Below are positions 41,333 through 51,524 of a stretch of 64,000 nt of DNA, one piece after another. Both the position numbers and the translations under genes were made by a program. This DNA is from Chthonomonadales bacterium. GTDB taxonomy: Bacteria; Armatimonadota; Chthonomonadetes; Chthonomonadales; CAJBBX01. The notes below the pieces were generated by a model that worked only from the letters and a program-made list of their open reading frames with translations, was not told the DNA's origin and did not search any database. How positions within the stretch are numbered: position 1 is the stretch's first letter; the number at the start of each line of letters is the position of its first letter. Location: contig JBBIPC010000004.1 of the NCBI GenBank assembly GCA_037443035.1, positions 25,502 to 89,501 on the forward strand, in the 5' to 3' direction.

Positions 41333-42972
41333 CGGTTAGGCAGGATGCGCACACGACGTCTCGGCTCGGTCCCGACGCTTTCCGACAGCAGTTCGAGGCG
41401 TTCTATGACTTGATGTTGTAGCCTCCGCACGTAACTGTTCTGTGGCTGCAGCTCGATCGGCTCTCCTGTTTCCCGTACGCGGCGGGCACCTTCCTCCGCC
41501 TCCCGGAGTGCGGCTTCAGTATCGCCGCGTTCCAAGCCGGAACTCTGAAAGACCTCGCGCATGGCTGACGCGATCTGTGCATACGTGTTGCTCCGCACAA
41601 CATACGTCGGCAAGCCCCTAGCCGATCCTTCACGCATGCGTGGTGGTTCTCTTCGGTAGCTAGCCTTCAATGCGATGATCACATCTGCGTCTCGGATGTC
41701 ACGAGCGACTACCGCCGGCAAGCCACTCTCCATGATGGCACGGTCGAGCCTACTTCTATTGACTCCATATGGAAACACGCGCAATGCTCGTGCCGTCCGT
41801 TCGAACGCTCCAGTACCGCGTCGGCCGATCCGCACAGCACCATCCGCGTCGTCTGCATCGTCGTCATCCTCCAACGCCGGTCCTATGTTCGGAGCGCCTG
41901 CCGAATCCTCGAACACGCGCAACCCGCCGATGGGCGCGACATCGCCTCGCTCAACGACTTCGACGTCTCCGAAGCTATTGCGCACGCGAATCTCGGGCCG
42001 CGGGCGCTGGCCGCGTAACATTCGATCCACCGTCTCTGCCACGTTGTGGTGTATGGCCAGCTTGTCCACGTCCATGATCTCGATCACCACGTCGAACGTC
42101 GGCGGCGCCTTCCGCTCCAGAACGGTCTTCTGCGTTCCGCGGCGGCGTGCTTCCTCGTCGGACAGAGTCACCGCGTGAATGCCGCCCACCAGGTCGCTCA
42201 GGGTCGGATTCATGAGGAGGTTCTCCAGGCTATGCCCATGAGCCGTGCCTATGAGCTGAACGCCACGCTCGGCAATGGTCCTCGCAGCAAAAGCCTCGGC
42301 TTCTGTACCGATCTCGTCAATCACCACCACCTCGGGCATGTGGTTCTCCACAGCCTCTATCATGACAGCGTGCTGCAGAGACGGTTCGGCCACCTGCATC
42401 CTTCGTGCGCGCCCTATGGCCGGGTGTGGAATGTCTCCGTCTCCAGCGATCTCGTTGGAAGTGTCAACAACCACGACGCGTTTGCGAGCCTGTTCCGATA
42501 GGACGCGCGCTACTTCGCGCAGCTTCGTTGTCTTCCCCATGCCGGGCTTACCCAACAACAGCAGGCTCTTGCCTGTTTCGACCACATCCTGGATGATGTC
42601 AATGGTTCCGTACACCGCACGGCCGATCCGGCACGTCAGCCCGACGATGGTGCCCATACGGTTGCGTATCGCCGAAATCCTATGGAGCGTTCGCTCGATA
42701 CCCGCACGGTTGTCCTTGCCGAATGCGCCCACCCTTTCGACGACGTACTGGATTTCGTAATCACCGACGGTAGTGCTGCCGAGTTCCACAACTTTTCCCG
42801 GGAAACGTGCCTCAGGAACCCGCCCCAGGTCAATGACGATCTCCAGAAGGTCCTCCAGAGAACCCAACCTCTCGAGCGGGTCCCGTATGGTGGGCGGAAG
42901 CACCTCCAGGAGCTGATCCAGATTGTCCGTGATGCGTTGTTGCTTCAAGACGCCTCCTGTGCTTCTTGTCAT
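41329..42972 (-). CDS. Ycf45/SpoIIIAA-like AAA ATPase with C-terminal R3H domain
   Basis: [50 protein letters not shown]3[13 protein letters not shown]...[12 protein letters not shown]. Confidence 0.88.
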   Translation of the reverse strand: MTRSTGGVLKQQRITDNLDQLLEVLPPTIRDPLERLGSLEDLLEIVIDLGRVPEARFPGKVVELGSTTVGDYEIQYVVERVGAFGKDNRAGIERTLHRISAIRNRMGTIVGLTCRIGRAVYGTIDIIQDVVETGKSLLLLGKPGMGKTTKLREVARVLSEQARKRVVVVDTSNEIAGDGDIPHPAIGRARRMQVAEPSLQHAVMIEAVENHMPEVVVIDEIGTEAEAFAARTIAERGVQLIGTAHGHSLENLLMNPTLSDLVGGIHAVTLSDEEARRRGTQKTVLERKAPPTFDVVIEIMDVDKLAIHHNVAETVDRMLRGQRPRPEIRVRNSFGDVEVVERGDVAPIGGLRVFEDSAGAPNIGPALEDDDDADDADGAVRIGRRGTGAFERTARALRVFPYGVNRSRLDRAIMESGLPAVVARDIRDADVIIALKASYRREPPRMREGSARGLPTYVVRSNTYAQIASAMREVFQSSGLERGDTEAALREAEEGARRVRETGEPIELQPQNSYVRRLQHQVIERLELLSESVGTEPRRRVRILPNR

Positions 42973-42977
42973 CGTCC

Positions 42978-43049
42978 ATCATACCGGTTTGCAGCCATCT
43001 TGGCAAGTGTGGCACGCGGCTTGACGCCTGTCGCAACCTGTGGTACGGT
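42978..43049. promoter_or_regulatory. Back-to-back sigma70-type promoters
   Basis: Minus strand TTGCCA, N17, TATGAT (-10 at 42983-42978); plus strand TTGACG (43021-43026), N17, TG-extended TACGGT (43044-43049). Confidence 0.55.
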
Positions 43050-43093
43050 GGAGTCGCTGTGGAACGACTGCACAATCGCGGGAGGCTGCCACT

Positions 43094-44614
43094 ATGGGCG
43101 CCGATTCTCTATGGCATGTACCAGCCGTGTCTCTTCTCGTCTGGATCGCTGGGTTTCCCTTCAGCAGTCCGTATCACCCTCGCCGTCTTCTCAGACCACT
43201 GCTCATAGGTGCTCTCGCTGCCCTGACGGCCTACCTCATAACCCTCCCGCACGAGGGCGTTTTCCAGCCGGGACAAGCGCTTGGTTGGGGAGTCGTGGCA
43301 GGGACCGCAGCAGCCACACTGGCCTTCCTGCCGGTCGTCGGTGTAGCCACGGATGCTCAGGCCGGCCATCCCCGCGCCTCTGCAAGCGCTATTGCGCCGA
43401 TCTTGGCGTGTCTCTGGCTTCTGCTACGTCTGCGGTTCGCGGATCGGATCTTGGCTGTGGGCGGGGTCGGGGCAGGGTGGACGGTCACTGCTTTCCTCGT
43501 CGCCGCAATGGGTCAGTCCGGACGGGATTCCAGGCGCATGCGAGCAGTAGCCACCATGTCCTCAGTCGTCGCGACCACTCTTTGCTTGCAGCTTGCCCTT
43601 GCTTTCGCGAGAGCAGGTAATCCCCAGACAGCTCACCACTGGACAACTCTTCTGCTCGATCTGAGCACCGTCGGTGTTCTCACTGTGTTACTGGCATCCG
43701 TGATCCGGGACCGGCCATCCTCCGTAGCGGCCGCCATTGTCCGTGGTGCGCTGTCAGCAGTAGCCATCGCTGCGGGCACTGGTCTGCTGCTCCACGCGTT
43801 CGGAGCTTGGCTACGTATCGAGCGTTCTGTTCCAGCGCTCACCGCTGCCATCATATGCGCCGTGGCAGGTGCCGTCGCCATGGGCGCCATGGCTGTCAGT
43901 AGACAAGCCAGAGTCGTCTTATGGGATGCCGCGATACTCGTCCTCCTAGGCTGCGCCATCATAGCACCGGCCATGCAGATCCTTGTAGGAACGGGGGCGG
44001 CCATGGCTGCCCTGTCGGCGCTGTTCGTCCTCACGGCGATGGTACTGCCGAGCGCTCTGGAATCAGCGGAGCTGGCATCGGATCGGGCGACCTTGCTCCT
44101 GGCGGCGGCGCTCCTCCCTCCTGTGGCACTCCTCGTTGTTCGCCTGGCTAGCAATACGGCGGATGGTGTCTTCATTGCCTTCGGTGTGACCGACCACGTT
44201 CAGACACTAACGTTGGTTCTCTTCGCAGTGCTTCCTGGAATCATTGCAGAGCTACCGGGAACGCGTTGGCCATGGCTCGGTTCGATCGTTGCGCTGGCAG
44301 CAGCGACAGTCGCACCGGCACTCGCAGCAATCGTCTGGGGAGGCCGCGTGGCCTACTCGATGCTCGTCGGTCTGGGGTTGTCCGGCATGCTTGTCCTTTC
44401 GTACGACGATGGCGAGGACTCTCGCCAATGGGTTCCTCTCTTGAGTATCGTCATGATGGCCGCGGTCCTACATGGTGTGCCCGTTGTCTTGCATGCGACG
44501 GCTCTGCCGCGAAGCATACGTGCCGCGGTCGCTATGGCCATCTTGCTACTCCTCGTCGTTCCACCATGGGTCGTTCGTGCAAGACGCACGCGTGCTTCTC
44601 ACGGAGGGGCGTGA
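43094..44614 (+). CDS. Hypothetical polytopic membrane protein (roughly 15-16 hydrophobic segments)
   Basis: GGAGG RBS before ATG 43094; Ala/Leu/Val-rich throughout; stop abuts the next ATG (TGAATG). Confidence 0.75.
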   Translation: MGADSLWHVPAVSLLVWIAGFPFSSPYHPRRLLRPLLIGALAALTAYLITLPHEGVFQPGQALGWGVVAGTAAATLAFLPVVGVATDAQAGHPRASASAIAPILACLWLLLRLRFADRILAVGGVGAGWTVTAFLVAAMGQSGRDSRRMRAVATMSSVVATTLCLQLALAFARAGNPQTAHHWTTLLLDLSTVGVLTVLLASVIRDRPSSVAAAIVRGALSAVAIAAGTGLLLHAFGAWLRIERSVPALTAAIICAVAGAVAMGAMAVSRQARVVLWDAAILVLLGCAIIAPAMQILVGTGAAMAALSALFVLTAMVLPSALESAELASDRATLLLAAALLPPVALLVVRLASNTADGVFIAFGVTDHVQTLTLVLFAVLPGIIAELPGTRWPWLGSIVALAAATVAPALAAIVWGGRVAYSMLVGLGLSGMLVLSYDDGEDSRQWVPLLSIVMMAAVLHGVPVVLHATALPRSIRAAVAMAILLLLVVPPWVVRARRTRASHGGA

Positions 44615-47600
44615 ATGGAAGGCAGAGTGGTGCGTTCGCCTCGGCCGTCGTCGTGGGCGACGGCCATGGGCCTCGTCGCGCTCGCCGTTCTCACGGCGAT
44701 TGGAGTTGCCAAGGAAGAACCTGTAGGAGCCATCGAGGGAGTTGTCTTCTGTGCCGACGATGGCAGTCGAGCCCCGCGTGCAGTAGTTGTACTGTCTAGT
44801 ACTTCCCGCACGCTGCATGCGCGCACGGATACCTCCGGTCACTTTCGCCTCGGCCACGTGCCCGCTGACGCATACGGTCTGAGCGTAACGACGGATGCCT
44901 ATGAGGGAATGGCCGGCCCGGTGCACATAACGGAGGGCAAGACGACACACGCGACTCTCCGCCTCCAACGGTCACTCCCCAATCTCGCCCTACGCACAAT
45001 GTCACACACGTGGCTGCCGACGGAGAGGGGTATGGTCCAAGCGTCCGGTTACCTGCCACCTCCAGACCAGCAGACCAGGAGCATCGAGATTCACGTTCGG
45101 CCCCTGGACACGGACCGTCTACTCCGTTCGAGCCGAGGGGTCATGGACCTCCACGACGCTCTCGCAGGCGACGCGTCCACCGTGGCGCGACTCAGCCGCG
45201 CCGCTCTGCATCCGGTACGGACGATCACCTTGCCATTACCGACCACTAGCTGGGAAGGGTACTACGACCGCACAGTGAAGCTGGACCCGTTACCGCCAGG
45301 GGTGTACCTGCTAACTGCACGATGTGGCACCTATGCGGCAGCAGCGGTCGTCCACGTCACTGACCTTGCGATCCTTGCCAAGGCGGACCGCAAGCAGATC
45401 GTCGTTCTCTGTACTGACGTTGCGACGGGCAAGCAAAGGCCGGGGACCATGGTGCGGCTCGCCGACATGCGCCAGGGACCACGATCGGACGAGGCCGGTG
45501 TCGCTAGACTCGCGTCCACGTCTCGCGATGGCGCACAGCCGATCGTAGCTCGGCATGGCACGAGCGTTGCCTTCACCACCCTGCACGTCTGGGACGACAC
45601 GACGGGCATGGTCATCGGAGCCTATACGGAACGTCCGGTCTACCGTCCTGGGCAACGTGTCTACTTCAAGGGCATCGTGCGGAGACGTCAGGGCTCGAGC
45701 TACACCGTTCCCGCGCCGACCCGGGTGACGGTTCGAGCCGAGGATCCCGAGGGTGTCGTATTGGCACGCCTGACATGCCGCACGAACGATTTCGGAGCCT
45801 TCAGTGGTTCCTTCGATCTGACCAATGAGACCCCGACGGGTGCAGGTACGATCTTCTTGTCTGCAGGTGATGCCACTGCTATCGTGGATGTGAACATCGC
45901 CTCCTATGCCAAACCTCAGGTTCAGCTCACCGTCAAGCCGATTCGAAACACTGTCATTGTCGGAGAGACGGTCGAGTTCGACGTCACAGCCGCCTATTAC
46001 TATGGAGCGCCGTTGCCGGCTGCAGAGGTTTCCTACACCGTGTCGGTGTCTCCGGCGTGGGACTGGCACTTGGAGCCTGATGCAGAGGACGAACTCTCTG
46101 ACAGTGCATGGATGCGACGTTACGACACTCTCACTGACCAAACGCTCCGAGAAGGCACCGTGCGCACCAGTTCCGACGGACGTGCCAAGATCACGGTTCC
46201 ACTGCATGTTCCTTCTCGACCCGATGCCCCCCAAGCTCTGAGGATTCGCCTGTACGCTAGCACAACAGACCCGGCCTATGGTTACGCAGAGGACGAAGCC
46301 ACCGTGACGGCGTATCGTGGTTCGCTCCGTTTGCATGTGAATCCTGGCTCGTATCTGATCCGCCAGGGTGTCGCGACCCCAGTCTCGGCCGAAGTCACCG
46401 ACCTCGCGGGCCAGCGCGTTTCCGGATCTCCAGTACGCTTCGAGCTCTTCCAAGACACACGAAAGGATGGCTCGGTCATCCAGGCAAGGCTAGTGGCCAC
46501 AGCCGAGGGCACCTCCGACCGGCATGGCATCGCCAGCAGCCGGATCATCGCTCCGGAAGGCGGCGAGTACCGCCTCGTAGCGAAGGCCATGGACACTGGA
46601 GGCCGAACGGTCTTCGATCACTGCTACCTCTGGTCGAGTGGCCCAGGGGAGCTCAGGCCTGAGGACACGGGAATGCGTCTCGACCTCTACCCCGACAAGC
46701 GTCGCTATCGCGAGGGCGACACAGCCCACGTCTTGCTACGGAGCAGTTGCATCGGTGCTCGGGCGCTCGTGACCGTCGAGGCGCCTGACATCCAGCAATA
46801 CTTCACGATTCCTATCCGACACAGCAGCACTGTCCTCGCCATACCTGTGCGCAGACTACCCGGCCGCCGGATGGAGCTGGCCGTGGGTCTCATACAACGA
46901 AAGCGCCTCCTCTCTGCAAGTGTCGTGTTATCAGTCGAGGCGCCACGACGTACTCTCAGTATCCGCGTGATACCGGACACACCAGTACACCGGCCCGGCG
47001 ACACCGTGCGGCTGCGCGTCGAGGCGCGCGACAGTAACGGCAGGCCGGCTCCAGCAGAGGCCTCCCTCGCGCTCGTAGACGAGTCCATCTACGCGGTCAT
47101 GGAGGATCAACCGCGACTGCTGGAAAGGACGTTCTACCCACGTCTATGGTCCTCGGTTGCCACGGCGTGCTCATGCGAAGAGACTCTGCTGGATGCCGAA
47201 GGTGCTGGTGCCAAGGGCCTCAACGCAGCCGCCATCCGACGACGTTTCGCCGATACGGCCGTATGGATACCGCACATACGAACCGACAAGAATGGCCAGG
47301 CCCAAGTCGTGGCCAGACTGCCGGACAACATCACACGCTGGAGGGTTACAGTGCGAGCCCATACGAGGGAGACCTACCTCGGCTACGGTCGCGGGAGCGT
47401 CACGGCGACGCTACCATTTCACGTTCGCCTCGATGCGCCACGGTTCCTCACCGCTGGTGATACGACGCGGGTGACCGCTGTACTGCGCAATGGCACTGCG
47501 TCTGTCCTCTCCGGTAGAGCAACCCTCCTCCTGGCAGGCGGCCTGCGTAACGAGGAGCCGGCCACGAAGTCCTTCATACTGGCGCCTTCGAGTAGCGGAA

Positions 47601-49309
47601 CGATAACTTGGAGCCTATCGGCACGGGACGCTGGACCTTCGCAAATTCGCGTCGTCGCTGCAACGGATCGCCCGACCATGACCGACGGAATGCTGACGCG
47701 CCTCATGGTTCGGCCGTGCGCCAGGGAGCGTACATGGACCGTGGCAGGCGTGCTCGAAGGCGACGTCGTCCACCGCATCGCACTCTCGCAGGACGCTAGT
47801 GTCTACCCAGGCAGTGTCACCGTCCGCCTGACGCCTTCCGTGCTCGCTTCGGTCGGCCCTGGTCTCGACTATCTCGTACGGTACCCCTATGGCTGTACGG
47901 AACAGACGGTCAGCAGTTTTCTGCCCGATATCCTGGTCGCCCGGTTGCTCCGCAATCTGGATCCTTCCACTGCTGCGGAGCTTCGAAGCACCCTGAGCCG
48001 CCAGCATCTGCAGGAGCTTCCGGCCATGGTTCGGGCGGGCATTTCGCGCCTCAATCACATGGCGAACCGAGGCTGGGGGTGGTGGGGATCGGACACCGCC
48101 GACCCGTGGCTCACAGCCTACGCCACAATGGCTCTTGGCCAGGCCACCAGGGATGGCTACTCGGTTCCGCAACACCTCATCGAACAGGCAGCGGAGGCCT
48201 GCAAGGCGCTTAGCACCAAGGCTCGCCCCGACACGGCAGCATTCCTGTCGTACGCCCTGGCCCTGGTCGGGGGCAGGCGTCTTCCGACGCTGCCACTGAA
48301 GAAGATGGGACCCACGGGACTCGCATTCACCCTCCTGGAATGCCGTGTCCGTCAAGATGGTGGACCGACGGCCAAGAATGCCTACGACCGGCTCGCAGCG
48401 AAGATGATACGCTCCGGCACTGTCGCGTATTGGACGACGAGCTCTCGTGATGTTGAGAGCGATGTGCTATGCACTGCTCTCGGGCTCCAGGCATTGCTCC
48501 AGTACGCACCCTCGTCACCCGACATAGAGCGCTGCCTCCGCTATCTCATGATGGCACGAACCGATGACTGTTGGACATCCACGCGCGATACAGCGTTCGT
48601 TCTCACAGCACTGGTGGACTATGTCCGCGCAGTTCCTCTGGCGGTACGGGTACCTCGAGCCGTAGACGTAGTCATCAACGGCAAGTTGGCACATCGTTTC
48701 GACCTGACAGCCGCACGGAGGAACCCCACAGCGCTTGTTGCACGACTGCAAACCACATCGCTCCTCGCCGGACAGAACAGACTTGAGCTTCGTGTCATCG
48801 GCAGAGGGACCCCTTTCTATTCTCTTGCAGTCAAGACGTATCTTGCCAAGGATATGGCCGGTTCTACGTCTGGAACGTCCCATGTTCGCGTCATACGCAC
48901 ATACGAAGTGATCGAAGACGGCGCACACGTGTCCTCTCGAACAGGCCCTGCAGCCGGAACGTTACGTGGCCCGGTGAAGGCTGGAACTCCTATTCGTGTG
49001 AAGCTCACTATTCACGCCAAGGACAAGCTACGATTCGTGCTCATCACGGATCCATACCCGGCCGGCTTCGAACCGATCGTGTCGTCGGAAGACCCCTCGT
49101 GGACTGGCACGTGGTTCAGTGCCATGGACTTGCGCGACGATCATGCGGCAATCTTCGCCCACGAGGTGCCAAGGGGTAAGTTCGTCGTAGAGTACTACGT
49201 CCGCGCCGGTCGCCTGGGTCGCTATACAGCACTTCCCACGCGAGTCGAGAACATGTACGACCCATCCGAATGGACTGAGGGTGCTGCTGCTAGCGTGGAG
49301 GTTCGCTGA
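44615..49309 (+). CDS. Bacterial alpha-2-macroglobulin family protein with N-terminal carboxypeptidase-regulatory-like domain
   Basis: Signal peptide; MG2 YTERPVYRPGQ; LALVDESIY; RRRFADTAVW; LPDNITRW; thioester YPYGCTEQT; W..TRDTA; VENMYDP. Confidence 0.93.
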   Translation: MEGRVVRSPRPSSWATAMGLVALAVLTAIGVAKEEPVGAIEGVVFCADDGSRAPRAVVVLSSTSRTLHARTDTSGHFRLGHVPADAYGLSVTTDAYEGMAGPVHITEGKTTHATLRLQRSLPNLALRTMSHTWLPTERGMVQASGYLPPPDQQTRSIEIHVRPLDTDRLLRSSRGVMDLHDALAGDASTVARLSRAALHPVRTITLPLPTTSWEGYYDRTVKLDPLPPGVYLLTARCGTYAAAAVVHVTDLAILAKADRKQIVVLCTDVATGKQRPGTMVRLADMRQGPRSDEAGVARLASTSRDGAQPIVARHGTSVAFTTLHVWDDTTGMVIGAYTERPVYRPGQRVYFKGIVRRRQGSSYTVPAPTRVTVRAEDPEGVVLARLTCRTNDFGAFSGSFDLTNETPTGAGTIFLSAGDATAIVDVNIASYAKPQVQLTVKPIRNTVIVGETVEFDVTAAYYYGAPLPAAEVSYTVSVSPAWDWHLEPDAEDELSDSAWMRRYDTLTDQTLREGTVRTSSDGRAKITVPLHVPSRPDAPQALRIRLYASTTDPAYGYAEDEATVTAYRGSLRLHVNPGSYLIRQGVATPVSAEVTDLAGQRVSGSPVRFELFQDTRKDGSVIQARLVATAEGTSDRHGIASSRIIAPEGGEYRLVAKAMDTGGRTVFDHCYLWSSGPGELRPEDTGMRLDLYPDKRRYREGDTAHVLLRSSCIGARALVTVEAPDIQQYFTIPIRHSSTVLAIPVRRLPGRRMELAVGLIQRKRLLSASVVLSVEAPRRTLSIRVIPDTPVHRPGDTVRLRVEARDSNGRPAPAEASLALVDESIYAVMEDQPRLLERTFYPRLWSSVATACSCEETLLDAEGAGAKGLNAAAIRRRFADTAVWIPHIRTDKNGQAQVVARLPDNITRWRVTVRAHTRETYLGYGRGSVTATLPFHVRLDAPRFLTAGDTTRVTAVLRNGTASVLSGRATLLLAGGLRNEEPATKSFILAPSSSGTITWSLSARDAGPSQIRVVAATDRPTMTDGMLTRLMVRPCARERTWTVAGVLEGDVVHRIALSQDASVYPGSVTVRLTPSVLASVGPGLDYLVRYPYGCTEQTVSSFLPDILVARLLRNLDPSTAAELRSTLSRQHLQELPAMVRAGISRLNHMANRGWGWWGSDTADPWLTAYATMALGQATRDGYSVPQHLIEQAAEACKALSTKARPDTAAFLSYALALVGGRRLPTLPLKKMGPTGLAFTLLECRVRQDGGPTAKNAYDRLAAKMIRSGTVAYWTTSSRDVESDVLCTALGLQALLQYAPSSPDIERCLRYLMMARTDDCWTSTRDTAFVLTALVDYVRAVPLAVRVPRAVDVVINGKLAHRFDLTAARRNPTALVARLQTTSLLAGQNRLELRVIGRGTPFYSLAVKTYLAKDMAGSTSGTSHVRVIRTYEVIEDGAHVSSRTGPAAGTLRGPVKAGTPIRVKLTIHAKDKLRFVLITDPYPAGFEPIVSSEDPSWTGTWFSAMDLRDDHAAIFAHEVPRGKFVVEYYVRAGRLGRYTALPTRVENMYDPSEWTEGAAASVEVR

Positions 49310-50130
49310 TGCGCAGCCATGCCGGCTGGCTGCCCATAGCCATCGGAGCGACAGCGTGCGCGATTGTCGCAGGTAACCTCCTAAACACCGTGCACTCTCA
49401 TGGCTTTCCTCGGCACCTGCTGGCGTCATACACAACGCCGCTACGCGGCAGGACCGCTAGCCAACGGCACAACGCTACATTGGCCGCTCGAGCGCTGGAC
49501 CGAGCGGTGGTCATGCCAGGAGACACTTTCTCGTTCAACCGTCGCGTCGCCAGTTGGACGAGAGAACGCGGCTACCTGCCGGCGCCAGTGAGTTACGAGG
49601 GCGTTCTTGCCGAATCCGTCGGGGGCGGTGTCTGCCAGGTCTCGACAACACTCTACAACGCGCTCTTGCTGGCAGGACTGTCGGTTGTGGAAAGACATCG
49701 CCACGCTGTGGCGCCCGGCTACGTACCACCTGGTCGGGATGCCGCTGTTGCTCAAAGCGCTTTGGATCTACGCTTCGTGAACGCACTCGGTGGGCCGTTG
49801 CTGATCCGGTCGGAGTGCACGTCCAGCTCGCTCGCCGTTCGGCTCTACTCCACGCAGCCGCCGCGGTACGCAGTATCGCTGATCACTCGCGTTCTCGATG
49901 TCGCTCCGCCGCGGCCGCATGTGCGGGCTGAACATCTCTCCCATTCGCGTCGTCTTAGCCACGTGTACAGGCCCTCCCGTGGCGTCATGGGTTGGCATGT
50001 GGTAACGTATCGTTGTTATATGGCCGGCGACAGAGAAGTGCGCCGAGAGCTTGTATCGTCCGATACCTACCGAAGTGTCGACTTTGACATTGGCATGACG
50101 GAGCAATTCGCCGATCCGCGTATGCGGTAG
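49309..50130 (+). CDS. VanW family protein with C-terminal G5-like segment (putative L,D-transpeptidase)
   Basis: N-terminal anchor; HN..LAA, PGDTFSFN, GY..AP, GGGVCQVSTTLYNA, ERHRH, YVPPGRDA, DLRFVN; ELVSSDTY. Confidence 0.9.
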   Translation: MRSHAGWLPIAIGATACAIVAGNLLNTVHSHGFPRHLLASYTTPLRGRTASQRHNATLAARALDRAVVMPGDTFSFNRRVASWTRERGYLPAPVSYEGVLAESVGGGVCQVSTTLYNALLLAGLSVVERHRHAVAPGYVPPGRDAAVAQSALDLRFVNALGGPLLIRSECTSSSLAVRLYSTQPPRYAVSLITRVLDVAPPRPHVRAEHLSHSRRLSHVYRPSRGVMGWHVVTYRCYMAGDREVRRELVSSDTYRSVDFDIGMTEQFADPRMR

Positions 50131-50209
50131 CTCTGGATAGCCCCAGAGTCAGTCGTTGCATGCCCCAGCAATAGCAACCAGGAGTACGGGAGGAGAGTAC
50201 AACCGCTTG

Positions 50210-50593
50210 ATGACTTCTGAGGAGAAGGTGCGTCGCCTCGTTCAGGCCGCCGACGCCAAACAGGCGCGCAATATGGTCCTGCTGGATCTGCGCGGCCTAA
50301 CCTTGCTTACCGACTATCTGTTCATCTGCGGAGGCACATCGCAAGTGCACATTCGTACCATCGCTGACAACATCGTCGAAGTCATGAAGCACTCCGGACT
50401 TGGCGGGATACGCGTCGAAGGGTACGAGGCAGCACGCTGGGTTCTCTTGGATTACCAGGATGTCGTGGCTCACGTCATGGCGAGTGCCGAACGTGACTAT
50501 TATGACCTTGAAGGCATGTGGCCTACTGCCCCACGGATCGTGATCGAGAACGGTCAGCCAAAGGGTTTCGACGGAGATGGAAACACAGCCTGA
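50210..50593 (+). CDS. rsfS: Ribosome silencing factor
   Basis: LDLRGLTLLTDYLFICGGTS..H, VEG....WVLLDYQDVVAHVM...RDYYDLEGMW. Confidence 0.92.
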   Translation: MTSEEKVRRLVQAADAKQARNMVLLDLRGLTLLTDYLFICGGTSQVHIRTIADNIVEVMKHSGLGGIRVEGYEAARWVLLDYQDVVAHVMASAERDYYDLEGMWPTAPRIVIENGQPKGFDGDGNTA

Positions 50594-51461
50594 ACGATCT
50601 TCGGAGTCCCACAACGAAGACACCGGCGACAAGACAACTTCGCTTGACACGCCCCAACCGCCAGTGCTTAAGGATGATGAAGCTCTTGCACGCGCCCTTG
50701 CTGCTCGAGGCGTGCCCCCCGAGGAAATCCAACGCCTTCTCTCTCTGGGAAGGTCGAGCGGCGCCACGCCCGCTACGACGCCGGGTGTTGCAGCTACGCC
50801 ACCTCAATGCCCCATACCAGGTCCGGTTTTCCAGCCCCACCCTACGATCACATTCCCCGAGTTTCGCGATTCGACTGCTGAAGAAGCAGACAAGGCTGAC
50901 AAGGTGCTGCGCCAGGCCGCTCTTCACAAGCGACGGGGACGATTGGCAGACGCCGCGAAGGAATGCGAAGAAGCGATCCGCCTCATACCCAAGGATGCAG
51001 CAGCATTGGAGCTCTACGGAGACATCTTACAGTCGCTGGGCAGGGTTGACGACGCGCTCGCAGCGTATCGAAGAGCTGGTGAGGCGGATCCGCGCCGTGC
51101 TAGCGCCGAAAAAAAGTACGCCGAACTGCTGTTGATGCAGGATCGCTCCGTGTCGGCCTTTCAGGGACCAGCAGAAGTGCGGAATCCCTACGTTGCTGTA
51201 CTGCTGTCGGCTCTCTGTCCTGGGGCGGGACAGTACTACAACGGCCAGCCCGTCAAGGCCTTGACTCTCGCCGTTCTCGCGCTGGGGTTTGTGGCCCTGT
51301 TGTTCTGGACTCCGCTCGGCTTTGCAACCGCAGAAATAGGGTTATCGGCGACCAGTGTGCTGCTGATTGTCCTGCTCGGAGCGCTGTACATCTACGCCCT
51401 TGTGGATGCGAACCTGGTGGCGCGCATGCCTGTGCGACGCAAAGGCGGCTGGGACGTGTAA
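50577..51461 (+). CDS. TPR-repeat membrane protein
   Basis: Two TPR-like repeats; C-terminal NPYVAVLLSALCPGAGQYYNGQ and TM helices. Confidence 0.75.
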   Translation: METQPERSSESHNEDTGDKTTSLDTPQPPVLKDDEALARALAARGVPPEEIQRLLSLGRSSGATPATTPGVAATPPQCPIPGPVFQPHPTITFPEFRDSTAEEADKADKVLRQAALHKRRGRLADAAKECEEAIRLIPKDAAALELYGDILQSLGRVDDALAAYRRAGEADPRRASAEKKYAELLLMQDRSVSAFQGPAEVRNPYVAVLLSALCPGAGQYYNGQPVKALTLAVLALGFVALLFWTPLGFATAEIGLSATSVLLIVLLGALYIYALVDANLVARMPVRRKGGWDV

Positions 51462-51514
51462 CTGGGACGGCTCCGCCAACGGATCGGGCCAGGAGACGGG
51501 TCCGCCGTCCCAGT
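51461..51514. terminator. Inverted repeat between convergent genes (putative bidirectional terminator)
   Basis: ACTGGGACGGC ... GCCGTCCCAGT, 11-bp perfect arms; no U tract. Confidence 0.5.
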
Positions 51515-51524
51515 CATGCGATTC

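Noticed and set aside
50131..50148. Hairpin CTCTGG-ATAGCC-CCAGAG with an A1/G4 hexaloop after vanW
   Set aside because: No second hairpin, so not an ANTAR dual motif; more likely a 3'-end stem
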